Positions 7,767-16,759 of a stretch of 38,660 nt of DNA are shown piece after piece. Every line of letters starts with the position of its first letter. The first letter of the stretch is position 1. A program made the position numbers and the translations under genes. The DNA is taken from positions 1-38,660 of the forward strand of contig JAGGYQ010000046.1 of the NCBI GenBank assembly GCA_021162425.1, given 5' to 3'. This DNA comes from Candidatus Aenigmatarchaeota archaeon (GTDB lineage: Archaea; Aenigmatarchaeota; Aenigmatarchaeia; QMZP01; QMZT01). The notes beneath the pieces are model-generated. The model searched no databases, had not been told where the DNA came from, and saw only the letters and a program-made list of their open reading frames with translations.

Positions 7767-8665
7767 AACCAAAGATTATAACCATACTTTCAGGAAAAGG
7801 CGGCGTCGGAAAAAGCAGTATAACCGGTTCTTTAGCAGTGCTTCTATCAAAAGAGAAGAAAATAATAGCAGTAGATTGTGATGTGGATGCATCGAACCTT
7901 GGTTTAGTTTTGGGATTGGAAGAAAACGATTTTGAATCATGGGAACACACAGAAACGTCTGAAAAGGCAAAATTGATAGAAGATAAATGTGTGTCATGCA
8001 GAAAATGTTTGGAAGTTTGCAATTTTTCTGCAATAACATGGAACGACGAGAAGAATTTACCCATATTCAACAAATTCTTATGTGAAGGTTGTGGTGCGTG
8101 TACGCTCGTGTGTCCGACAAAGGCGATAGAGCTTGTAAAGGTCAAGAATGCGAAAATAGGAATTGGTAAAACTCCTTATGGATTCCCAATAATTTCAGGT
8201 CAACTTGAAATGGGCGAATCTGGTTCAGGGAAGGTTGTCACAGAAGTTAAGAATAAAGCTATGAAAATTGCTGAAAGGGAAAAAGCTGAAATAATGCTTG
8301 TTGATTCCGCCGCCGGTATAGGATGTCCTGTTATAGCGAGTGTGAACGGAAGTGATTTTGTTATCGCTGTGACAGAGCCCACGCCGTCGGCTTTGAACGA
8401 TTTGAAAAGAGCTTTGTCTGTTGTTGAGCATTTCAGGATACCTTATGGTTTGATAATAAACAAATACGATATAAATCCAGAATTTACGAAAAAGATTGAA
8501 GAATTTGCAAAGGAAAATGGAATTCCAATATTAGGATTGATACCATACAGCAAAAAATTCGTTGAAGCAGTTATTAACATGAAACCAGTTATTGTCTATG
8601 AAAAGAGATTTGAAAGTATATTTGAAGAAATTAAAGAGAAAATAGTTGAAAACCCCAATATTTAA
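7763..8665 (+). CDS. MinD/ParA-superfamily P-loop ATPase with an inserted 2x[4Fe-4S] ferredoxin domain (second copy)
   Basis: Walker A SGKGGVGKSS. Cluster motifs CVSCRKCLEVC and CEGCGACTLVCP. Walker B MLVDSAAG. The alternative ATG at 7754 overlaps the TrmO-like stop. Confidence 0.9.
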   Translation: MKPKIITILSGKGGVGKSSITGSLAVLLSKEKKIIAVDCDVDASNLGLVLGLEENDFESWEHTETSEKAKLIEDKCVSCRKCLEVCNFSAITWNDEKNLPIFNKFLCEGCGACTLVCPTKAIELVKVKNAKIGIGKTPYGFPIISGQLEMGESGSGKVVTEVKNKAMKIAEREKAEIMLVDSAAGIGCPVIASVNGSDFVIAVTEPTPSALNDLKRALSVVEHFRIPYGLIINKYDINPEFTKKIEEFAKENGIPILGLIPYSKKFVEAVINMKPVIVYEKRFESIFEEIKEKIVENPNI

Positions 8666-8713
8666 TTTTGAATTAAAATCATACTTAAAAAGATGGTAAA
8701 CAAAAAATAAATC

Positions 8714-10018
8714 ATGATAAAAAAATCTAAATCCTGTTCTGATAAAATTGTTAAAAAAGACCATGAGTTAATATCGCCTTCTTATACAAGAAGTTACCCG
8801 CTTGCAATAGATCACGGCGAACGCGTGTACATATGGGACGCTGATGGTAAAAAATATCTGGATTTCACATCTGGTATAGCTGTTGCCAATGTGGGTCACG
8901 CAAATCCAGAAGTCGTAAAAGCTGTAAAGCAACAGGCTGAAAAGATATTGCATCACGCGGGAACAGATTTTTATGCTGAAATACAGGTAAAGGCGGCTGA
9001 AAAGATATCGAGTGTAACACCGGGGAGGTTTAGAAAGAGGGTTTTCTTCACAAATTCTGGAACGGAGTCAGTTGAATGCGCGTTCAAACTTGCAAGATAT
9101 TATAAGAAAAGGATGAGAATGATAGCATTTCTCGGAGCTTTTCATGGGAGAACGTATGCAAGCATGACTTTATCTGCGGCGAAAATTTTACACAAAGATC
9201 ATTTCGCCCCACTTGTTCCGGGTGTAACACACACGCCGTTTCCATATTGTTACAGGTGTCCATTTGGATTGGAATATCCTAACTGCAGATTAAGATGTCT
9301 CGACTATCTTGAAGATGAAATATTGAAAAAAATCACACCCCCAGATGAAGTAGCAGCTGTATTTGTTGAACCTATCCAGGGCGAAGAAGGATATATAGTC
9401 CCGCCAAAAGAGTTTCACAAAAAATTGAAAAAGTTATGTAAGAAGTATGGATTTCTTTACGTCGTGGATGAAATACAAACAGGTTTCGCCCGTTCCGGTT
9501 ACATGTTTGCATCTGAATATTTCGGTGTCACACCAGATATCATAACACTTGCAAAGGCAATTGCGGGCGGTCTTCCCATGGGCGCGTGCGTGTCGCGAAA
9601 GGAAATAATGGAATGGCCTCCTGGTTCTCACGCTTCAACATTTTCAGGTAATCCTGTGGCGTGCGCAGCTGCGATAGCATCAATCGATTACATAAAGAAG
9701 AAAAAATTGTGGAAAAATGCAGAGAGGCTCGGAAAACTAGGTTTAAAATATCTCAATGAACTCAAGGAAAAGTACGAATTCATAGGAGATGTGAGGGGAC
9801 TTGGGTTAATGATAGGTGTTGAAATAGTAAAGAACAAAGAACGTAAAGAACCAGATGCCAAAAGATATAAGAAATTACTATTTGATGCTTTCAAAAAAGG
9901 TTTGCTCCTTCTTGGCTCTGGAAGCACAACCATAAGGATAGCGCCGCCGCTTGTTATAACACAAGAAGAATTTGAAAAAGGACTTGAAATATTCAGCAGT
10001 GTTTTGGAAGGTTTATAA
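8714..10018 (+). CDS. Class-III PLP-dependent aminotransferase (acetylornithine/4-aminobutyrate aminotransferase family)
   Basis: DADGKKYLDFTSGIAV.N.GH..P....A...Q......H.......FTNSGTES.E.A.K.AR.......I.F.GAFHGRT...DEIQTGFARSG...DI.TLAKAIAGGLPMGA (PLP-lysine region). Confidence 0.9.
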   Translation: MIKKSKSCSDKIVKKDHELISPSYTRSYPLAIDHGERVYIWDADGKKYLDFTSGIAVANVGHANPEVVKAVKQQAEKILHHAGTDFYAEIQVKAAEKISSVTPGRFRKRVFFTNSGTESVECAFKLARYYKKRMRMIAFLGAFHGRTYASMTLSAAKILHKDHFAPLVPGVTHTPFPYCYRCPFGLEYPNCRLRCLDYLEDEILKKITPPDEVAAVFVEPIQGEEGYIVPPKEFHKKLKKLCKKYGFLYVVDEIQTGFARSGYMFASEYFGVTPDIITLAKAIAGGLPMGACVSRKEIMEWPPGSHASTFSGNPVACAAAIASIDYIKKKKLWKNAERLGKLGLKYLNELKEKYEFIGDVRGLGLMIGVEIVKNKERKEPDAKRYKKLLFDAFKKGLLLLGSGSTTIRIAPPLVITQEEFEKGLEIFSSVLEGL

Positions 10019-10553
10019 AATTCTTGACAACCCATTCATTCCTCACTTCAGGATGAAACATTATTCCGTATATAGGCTTTCTTTTATGTTTAATCGTCTG
10101 AATACATATGTTTGATTCCGCGAGAATTTCGAAGTCTTTTGTTGGAACTACTGAAAGATTATGAAGTTCGTATGCATCAAATTCTTTCCTACCAGAAAGA
10201 AGCACATCTTGTTTTACAATTCTTATTTTTGTCATTCCTATCTCACTCCTTCTAACTATATCGCATCCAAGGACTTTCGCTATAACCTCCATGCCTGCAC
10301 ATATCCCGAGAACGGGATTCTCAAATTGTCTTATCCATTCAAACTTTTCTAATGCACAAAGAAAATTATTGTCTTTCAAAGCTGTACCGCATAGAATCAC
10401 TTTCTCCGATGAGTCAATGTCATTCTCATTTATTTCTGAAAAATGTTTAATGGCAAAATCGTCAGTTGCCCTGACAATATTGGCGATTGGCTTTACAAAC
10501 TCATAAAGACTTAGCGAGTCTTTTTTATAGGACATGTCAATTATCAAAATCAT
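9993..10553 (-). CDS. Class-I glutamine amidotransferase (GMP synthase subunit-A-like)
   Basis: 186 aa with the nucleophile elbow VLGICAGME and the His-Glu pair in MFHPEV. The size and layout fit archaeal stand-alone GATase subunits. Assignment to GMP synthase is tentative. Confidence 0.7.
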   Translation of the reverse strand: MILIIDMSYKKDSLSLYEFVKPIANIVRATDDFAIKHFSEINENDIDSSEKVILCGTALKDNNFLCALEKFEWIRQFENPVLGICAGMEVIAKVLGCDIVRRSEIGMTKIRIVKQDVLLSGRKEFDAYELHNLSVVPTKDFEILAESNICIQTIKHKRKPIYGIMFHPEVRNEWVVKNFINLPKHC

Positions 10554-11230
10554 TTTTTCACCAGCATTGCCTTCTCTATTGCATAAATGCCGCTGTAGTT
10601 TTTGTATTTTTTAAACGCCTTGACTATTTTCACCTTTTTCGCGAATATCGGTCCATCGCAGACAAATGTTTCGAACTCGCCACCCTCACCTATCGGACTT
10701 ATTCTGAATTTTTTATTAAGAATTATAAGCTCATTTAACGTTCTCTTATCTATATTTCTTCCAAGCCAAGTCTCGTCAAACGGGTATGCAAAAACACCTG
10801 AAATTACAGCTTTGAATCCCAGGGAGATGAACTCCTTCATATACTCGACTTCATCTGACTGCCATAGCGGGTTGAAACACCATAAACCCAAATCATTACA
10901 TATTTTCTGAATACGCGTGGACTGATACACGGAAAGGACAGCACCAGAGACAACACCCTCTATCTTGTATTCCCTCATAGCTTTTTCTATCGCCTTTTTT
11001 AGGTCAAACAGTTCTTTTTCTTTTTCTCCTTCTGTCTCAAACGTTACCAAAGGCAGAGATATTGCGTCTGCCTGGAGTCTGGTTAAGTGGATATTTGGTG
11101 TGTGAAACATATAGCTTTCTGGGTTCTTTGAAGAAATGGATATTAAGCAGGTGACATCTTCTTTCTGCATTGCCCTGTAAAGAGCGAAGCATGAATCCTT
11201 TCCGCCTGAAAAGAGGACACCCAATTTCAT
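10550..11230 (-). CDS. dph6: Diphthine-ammonia ligase (PP-loop ATPase, MJ0570/Dph6 family)
   Basis: MKLGVLFSGGKDSCFALY carries the SGGKDS PP-loop, followed by ...GVVSGAVLSVYQ..R....C..LGL....PLW. The stop overlaps the start of the downstream GATase gene. Confidence 0.85.
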   Translation of the reverse strand: MKLGVLFSGGKDSCFALYRAMQKEDVTCLISISSKNPESYMFHTPNIHLTRLQADAISLPLVTFETEGEKEKELFDLKKAIEKAMREYKIEGVVSGAVLSVYQSTRIQKICNDLGLWCFNPLWQSDEVEYMKEFISLGFKAVISGVFAYPFDETWLGRNIDKRTLNELIILNKKFRISPIGEGGEFETFVCDGPIFAKKVKIVKAFKKYKNYSGIYAIEKAMLVKK

Positions 11231-11310
11231 AGATTCGATTTAGGATTTGTATTTTTATTACTTCGCCTGCAATTGCAATAAATTAAAATACTCAAACCAA
11301 TAATAACAAT

Positions 11311-12480
11311 ATGGTAAACATATTTTTGTTTTTAAGTGTGTTGTTTCTGCTTACTTTCCTGTTTGGCAGACTTATGGAAAAAATAAAAATGCCGTGGGTT
11401 TTTTCAGCTCTCATACTCGGTTCTTTTCTCGCTTTTTACAATCCATTCAGCTCAATCACATCATCCAGTACCTTTGTATTTCTTGCAAACTTGGGTATGT
11501 ATTTTTTGCTTTTCATGATAGGGCTTGAGATAGACCTCAAAGAGCTGAAGACTCAGAGCAAATTTATAGTCAGCTCAACGTTCTTCATCATATTTTTTGA
11601 GATGGTATTTGGCAGCCTTATAGTTCATTTTGTCTTTGGATATAACTGGGTGATATCACTTATCGTAGCGTTGTCATTTGCTACTGTCGGCGAAGCCATT
11701 TTGATACCAATTCTTGACGAGTTTAAAATAGTCAATACAAAGTTAGGGCAGATGATAATAGGTATAGGAACGCTTGATGATATCATAGAGGTGGTAGCAC
11801 TTATAATGGCTGTCGTCCTTATTGGTTCCAGTATTCACAGCAATGTTAACATAGGAATGATACTTTTCTCTCTGCTCGTACTTTTTATTCTTGCCATGGG
11901 ACTCACAAAACTTAAGAGAGAGGGGGAAAAGTTCAAATTTCTCAACATAGAGACATTGTTCCTTTTCACGTTATCTATACTGTTTCTATTCCTTGGTGTA
12001 GGTGATTACGCGGACAGCGCACCACTTGCTGCCCTGCTTGCAGGCATCTGCCTTAAAACATTCATACCTACGGAGAGACTCAAGTTAATAGAGAGTGAGA
12101 TAAAAACAATGACTTATGGTTTCTTCGCTCCGATATTCTTTTTATGGGCAGGCTCGGTCATGGATATGCAATACCTTTTCACATATCCTCTGCTTATATT
12201 ACTCGTGGTTCTGGTATCAAAGGGTGCAAAGTTACTGGGGACGTATATCGTTGCACATAAAAAGATAGGAGTTAAAAAATCAATTTTACTTGGGCTCGGT
12301 CTTTCTGTGAGATTCAGCACGAGCATTATAATAATAAAGATACTTTTCGACAGCGGATTGATAACGGCTGGTTTATATTCTGTTATAATAGCATCGAGCA
12401 TAATATTCAATCTCATAATACCTCTTGTGTTCTCTCATCTGCTTGTCAGATGGAATATTGTTAAAAGCAAGAAAGTGTAA
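11311..12480 (+). CDS. Cation:proton antiporter (CPA2 / Kef-type Na+/H+ exchanger family)
   Basis: 389 aa with about 11-12 TM helices. It has a family-like GLEIDLKELK loop after TM3 and a GTLDD segment. There is no C-terminal KTN domain. Confidence 0.8.
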   Translation: MVNIFLFLSVLFLLTFLFGRLMEKIKMPWVFSALILGSFLAFYNPFSSITSSSTFVFLANLGMYFLLFMIGLEIDLKELKTQSKFIVSSTFFIIFFEMVFGSLIVHFVFGYNWVISLIVALSFATVGEAILIPILDEFKIVNTKLGQMIIGIGTLDDIIEVVALIMAVVLIGSSIHSNVNIGMILFSLLVLFILAMGLTKLKREGEKFKFLNIETLFLFTLSILFLFLGVGDYADSAPLAALLAGICLKTFIPTERLKLIESEIKTMTYGFFAPIFFLWAGSVMDMQYLFTYPLLILLVVLVSKGAKLLGTYIVAHKKIGVKKSILLGLGLSVRFSTSIIIIKILFDSGLITAGLYSVIIASSIIFNLIIPLVFSHLLVRWNIVKSKKV

Positions 12481-12484
12481 GATA

Positions 12485-13681
12485 TTAGAATTTCCTTTTC
12501 CATTTGTAATGATTTCCGAATGAACGTCTTGCCCTGAAATCTCTCGGGTTTTCTCTCCATTTTACTTTAACCCTTTCAACTCGAGGAACTTCCTCTTTCT
12601 CAATACTCACCTCATTGTTTCTCAGAATCCTTCTGAAGTTATCATGGTCTCTTACTGAAAGCAATGTTATTGCCTTGCCTTCTTTCCCCGCTCTTGCTGT
12701 TCTTCCTATCCTGTGTATATATTGCTTGCTTTCAGAAGGAACATCGTAGTTGTAGATGTGCGATACATCCTGTATGTCAAGACCTCTTGCCGCAACGTCG
12801 GTGCACACAAGAACCTTTGTCTTCTTTGAATTAAACGAGTGCATGACGTGGTTTCTCTTTTCCTGCGAGAATCCACCGTGTATTGCAACTGCATTTATTC
12901 CTGACAACTTCAGGTTATTCGCAACGAAGTCAACCGTTCGTCTTGTATTGCAAAATACCATTACAAGGTTCGAATCTTCTTCTTTGAGTATGTGAACAAG
13001 AAGCGAAAATTTCATGTTGTCGGGAACGTCATAGTAAACCTGTTTGAGTTTGGTCGGGTCAACATACTCCTCAGCCGAAATTTTAAGAGGATTCCTCATA
13101 TACCTGTCTGTGATGAGCAAGACATCGTGTGTAATGGTTGCGGAAAACAAGAGTGTTTGTCTGTCTCTCGGGCATTGACTTATAATGCTTTCAACATCTT
13201 CGAGAAATCCCATGTCAAGCATTCTATCAGCTTCGTCGAGAACGAGGATTTTAACTTTACTTAAGTCTATTGTCCCTCTTCTTATGTGGTCAAGCATACG
13301 GCCGGGTGTTCCAACAACGATGTTGGCTACCTTGAGGTTCTCTATTTGCGGGTTTATCGAAACGCCTCCGTAAATTGGAATAATTTTCACGGGCTTATAT
13401 TTCGAAAACATTCGCAACGTGTTTGTTATTTGTTCGGCGAGTTCCCTTGTAGGTGTTAAGACAAGACTTTGAATTTCTTCACCTTTTTTAACATCTTGAA
13501 TGATAATGGAAGCGAATGCAAGCGTCTTGCCTGAGCCTGTCGCAGAGCCTGCGATAACGTCTTTTCCCGCCAAAATTAGAGGTATGGCTTTTCTTTGTAT
13601 TTCCGTTGGCTCTTCGAAGCCCTGCTCCTCGATTGATTTTAAGACACAATCGGCAATTCCTAATTTTTTAAATTCATTCAT
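12485..13681 (-). CDS. DEAD-box ATP-dependent RNA helicase
   Basis: Q-motif region F..PTEIQ, motif I SATGSGKT, Ia PTRELA, II DEAD, III SAT, VI HRIGRTARAG. Basic C-terminal tail. Confidence 0.95.
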   Translation of the reverse strand: MNEFKKLGIADCVLKSIEEQGFEEPTEIQRKAIPLILAGKDVIAGSATGSGKTLAFASIIIQDVKKGEEIQSLVLTPTRELAEQITNTLRMFSKYKPVKIIPIYGGVSINPQIENLKVANIVVGTPGRMLDHIRRGTIDLSKVKILVLDEADRMLDMGFLEDVESIISQCPRDRQTLLFSATITHDVLLITDRYMRNPLKISAEEYVDPTKLKQVYYDVPDNMKFSLLVHILKEEDSNLVMVFCNTRRTVDFVANNLKLSGINAVAIHGGFSQEKRNHVMHSFNSKKTKVLVCTDVAARGLDIQDVSHIYNYDVPSESKQYIHRIGRTARAGKEGKAITLLSVRDHDNFRRILRNNEVSIEKEEVPRVERVKVKWRENPRDFRARRSFGNHYKWKRKF

Positions 13682-13790
13682 AATATTTTCAAGAAAAAGC
13701 GCAAACGACTTTTTCTTTCCTCCTTTTTTCCTTAAATGTTGTGAGCAAAGGTTTATAAAGGTTTAAAATAGCAGAAATTAACTTATTATC

Positions 13791-15338
13791 ATGGATTTTG
13801 TTAATCATCGCCTCATAAAAAATGGAAAAATAGAGTCCAGACTTTATCAGGAAACTATTCTTGAGAGCGCAGTAAAACATAACCTTTTGTGTGTGTTGCC
13901 GACAGGATTGGGGAAAACTGCGATAGCTGTAATATTAAGTGCATATAGATTCGATGCCTATCCGAATTCAAAAATTATGATACTTGCCCCCACAAAGCCT
14001 TTAACAGAGCAACATTTCAAAACATTCAAAGAAGTGATGAACTTACCGGAAAGCGATTTTGTCCTTATTACAGGTCAGATAAAACCTGAGAAGCGAATGG
14101 ACCTTTACCAAAAAGCCAAATTGATATTTGCCACACCACAAACAATCAAAAACGACCTTGAGAACAAAAGACTTTCCCTCGAAGATGTAAGTCTTCTGGT
14201 TTTTGACGAAGCCCATCATGCCGTTGGTGATTACGCATATCCTTATATTGCAAAAAAATATATGGAAGAAGCGAAACACATACGAATTCTTGGATTGACT
14301 GCCTCGCCAGGCGGGACAAAAGAAAAGATCAAAGAAATAATGAAAAATTTAGGGATTGAAAAAGCAGAGATAAGGACAGAAAATGATTATGATGTGAGAC
14401 CATGGGTTAAGGAAAAGCGCATCGAATGGGTTTCTGTCGAGCTTCCGTCAAGTTTCGATACCATCAGGAGCTATCTGAAGAAAAGCTTGGAAGAGAGAAT
14501 AGAGAGTCTTAGAAAGATAGGGTTTTCGAAGCCATCGAGATTGGTTACCAGAAGAGACCTGCTTGAGCTTCAGAAGACCCTCCAAGGCAAAGCTCATGGT
14601 CGTTCAAAATATTGGGGCATAGTTGTTGCTTCGCAGGCAATAAAAATAGAATACGCCTTGACATTGCTCGAAACGCAGGGGATAACATCACTTCACAGAT
14701 ATTTGAAAAAATTATCATCTGACGGCTCAAAATCATCCAAATCTCTTACGAATGATGATACAATAAAGCATGTGATGAGCATAACATCTAAATTGCGCGC
14801 AAAAGGTTACACACATCCCAAAATGTCAAAGCTGTGCAAAATAATAAGCAACCAACTTTGCAAAACCCCTAATTCTAAAATAATAATATTTGCAAACTAC
14901 AGAGACATGGTGAAGCAGATAGTGAATGTGCTTTCAAACATTGAAAATGCAAGACCCATCGAGTTCATGGGACAGAGAGAAGGCATAACGCAGAAAGAGC
15001 AAAAAAGGCGCATACAGGACTTCAAAGACGGGAAATATAACATACTTGTAACCACCTCTGTCGGAGAAGAGGGAATAGATATACCCGAGATGGAACTGGC
15101 AATATTCTACGAGCCTGTCCCGAGTGAGATTCGCCTGATTCAAAGAAGGGGACGCGTCGGGCGAACAAAACTCGGAAGAATCATCATACTTCTGACAAAA
15201 AGGACACGTGATGAAGCTTACTACTGGACAGCACACAAAAAAGAAAAGGTGATGAAAAAAACGCTGTATGACATCAGAGGCAAAGGGGATATAAAAATGA
15301 AGAAGAAAGGACAACTGAAAATCGAAGATTTTGCATAA
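13791..15338 (+). CDS. hef: Hef/FANCM/Mph1-type SF2 helicase, helicase module only (no ERCC4 nuclease domain)
   Basis: N-terminus RLYQE......N.L.VLPTGLGKT, then DEAH (VFDEAHHAVGDYAY), LGLTASPG and QRRGRVGR. The ORF ends at 515 aa, immediately before gatD. Confidence 0.8.
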   Translation: MDFVNHRLIKNGKIESRLYQETILESAVKHNLLCVLPTGLGKTAIAVILSAYRFDAYPNSKIMILAPTKPLTEQHFKTFKEVMNLPESDFVLITGQIKPEKRMDLYQKAKLIFATPQTIKNDLENKRLSLEDVSLLVFDEAHHAVGDYAYPYIAKKYMEEAKHIRILGLTASPGGTKEKIKEIMKNLGIEKAEIRTENDYDVRPWVKEKRIEWVSVELPSSFDTIRSYLKKSLEERIESLRKIGFSKPSRLVTRRDLLELQKTLQGKAHGRSKYWGIVVASQAIKIEYALTLLETQGITSLHRYLKKLSSDGSKSSKSLTNDDTIKHVMSITSKLRAKGYTHPKMSKLCKIISNQLCKTPNSKIIIFANYRDMVKQIVNVLSNIENARPIEFMGQREGITQKEQKRRIQDFKDGKYNILVTTSVGEEGIDIPEMELAIFYEPVPSEIRLIQRRGRVGRTKLGRIIILLTKRTRDEAYYWTAHKKEKVMKKTLYDIRGKGDIKMKKKGQLKIEDFA

Positions 15339-15387
15339 TTGCCACCGACATGATACTTATTTTAATTCACATGCGAATATTCATAAT

Positions 15388-16749
15388 ATGTATTCTCGAG
15401 CCGTAGAGAGAGTCCTGAAGGCAAAGAAGATAAAAATCGGTGATCACGTAATTCTGCTCAAAAACGGTAAAAAATACAAGGGCGTGCTTCTTCCTAAACC
15501 AGACTTTGGAGACCCCGACACATTGCTGATAAAACTTGATAACGGGTATAACACAGGGTTCAGGATTAAAAATATCGAGATAAAAAACCTTCGCACAAAA
15601 GAACCTGAAAACGTTGAAAAGGAGGTAGAATACGAATTCGGTAAGATAGGCAAAAGATTTTTGAATGTGAAATTCAACCCAAAAAAACCAAAGGTTTCTC
15701 TCATATCAACTGGTGGAACGATTTCATCAAGAATAGATTACAGAACAGGTGGTGTTTATGCATTGGAAAAGCCTGAAGAAATACTCCACAACATTCCTGA
15801 ACTTGCAGATATTGTAAATCTTCACATGATGAGCCCATTCAACAAAATGAGCGAAGATATGCAGCCTGAAGATTGGATAGAGATAGCCAAAACCATCGCC
15901 AAAGAATTGAACTCAGGGAAAAAAGGAGTTATATTAACGCATGGAACAGACACGCTGCACTACACGTCAGCTGCCCTGTCATTCTTTCTGAGAAATCTCA
16001 GGAAGCCGGTGGTATTCGTTGGTTCTCAGCGGTCGAGCGACAGAGGTTCATCAGATGCAGCAATGAACTTGGTATGCGCTTCGCATATAGCTGTATCCAA
16101 CATCGCAGAAGTCGGCATATGCATGCATGGAGCAACAGATGATAAATACTGTTTATTTATAAGAGGGACAAAAGCCAGAAAAATGCATTCAACACGAAGA
16201 GACGCCTTCAGACCGATAAACGAAAAACCACTTGCAAAGGCATGGCAAGACGGGACAATCGAGATACTGAACAACAACTTCAAAACAAGAAATGATAATG
16301 AAAAGGTAAAACTTGACACAAGATTTGAGAAGAAAGTAGCGTTGCTTAAAGTTTACCCAGGCTCGGACCCAGATGTTATAGATTTTTACATCGGCAAAAA
16401 ATACAGAGGTTTTGTCGTAGAAGGGACAGGAATGGGTCATGTCCCTACATTTGCAAAGAAAAGCTGGGTGGAAAAAATAAAGAAACACACAAAAGACGGT
16501 ATACCCTTTGTTATAACAACGCAGACTATCTATGGAAGGGTAAATCCATATGTATACACCAATTTGAGAAAGCTATTCTTGGATGCGGGAGCTATATCAG
16601 GCGAAGATATGTTAAGCGAGACTGCATATGTCAAACTCGGCTGGGTGCTTGGGCATACGAAAGACATCAAAAAAGTAAAAGAATTAATCCTCACAAATTT
16701 CGCAGGCGAAATAACCTCAAGAACAGAGACTGAAACATTTCTAATTTAA
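15388..16749 (+). CDS. gatD: Glu-tRNA(Gln) amidotransferase subunit D
   Basis: Asparaginase-type motifs ISTGGTISS and THGTDTLHYT, with an N-terminal AD1-like domain. It lies directly upstream of gatE. The track start at 15331 is a TTG overlapping hef; the ATG at 15388 (MYSRAVERVL) is preferred. Confidence 0.93.
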   Translation: MYSRAVERVLKAKKIKIGDHVILLKNGKKYKGVLLPKPDFGDPDTLLIKLDNGYNTGFRIKNIEIKNLRTKEPENVEKEVEYEFGKIGKRFLNVKFNPKKPKVSLISTGGTISSRIDYRTGGVYALEKPEEILHNIPELADIVNLHMMSPFNKMSEDMQPEDWIEIAKTIAKELNSGKKGVILTHGTDTLHYTSAALSFFLRNLRKPVVFVGSQRSSDRGSSDAAMNLVCASHIAVSNIAEVGICMHGATDDKYCLFIRGTKARKMHSTRRDAFRPINEKPLAKAWQDGTIEILNNNFKTRNDNEKVKLDTRFEKKVALLKVYPGSDPDVIDFYIGKKYRGFVVEGTGMGHVPTFAKKSWVEKIKKHTKDGIPFVITTQTIYGRVNPYVYTNLRKLFLDAGAISGEDMLSETAYVKLGWVLGHTKDIKKVKELILTNFAGEITSRTETETFLI

Positions 16750-16759
16750 GGTGTTGTAG

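Noticed and set aside
12114-13766. ORFs antisense to the antiporter and DEAD-box helicase genes (12114-12416, 12706-12894, 12756-12995, 12992-13264, 13185-13373, 13500-13766).
   Set aside because: They overlap strongly supported CDSs on the opposite strand or in another frame, and they have no motifs.
13748-13770. Direct repeat aaggttta (13748-13755 and 13758-13765) in the DEAD-box/hef divergent spacer.
   Set aside because: It is most simply two adjacent TATA-like boxes (tttataaa and tttaaaata), 21-40 nt upstream of the hef ATG. There is not enough evidence for a distinct regulatory repeat.
15331-15387. Long N-terminal extensions offered by the ORF track for gatD (15331), the GNAT gene (24567), nadK (20939), the UbiA gene (34654), nnrE (32060) and the permease (3668).
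   Set aside because: The extensions start at TTG or GTG, overlap neighbouring genes or regulatory DNA, and add non-homologous residues ahead of the recognisable family N-termini. Internal ATGs were preferred.
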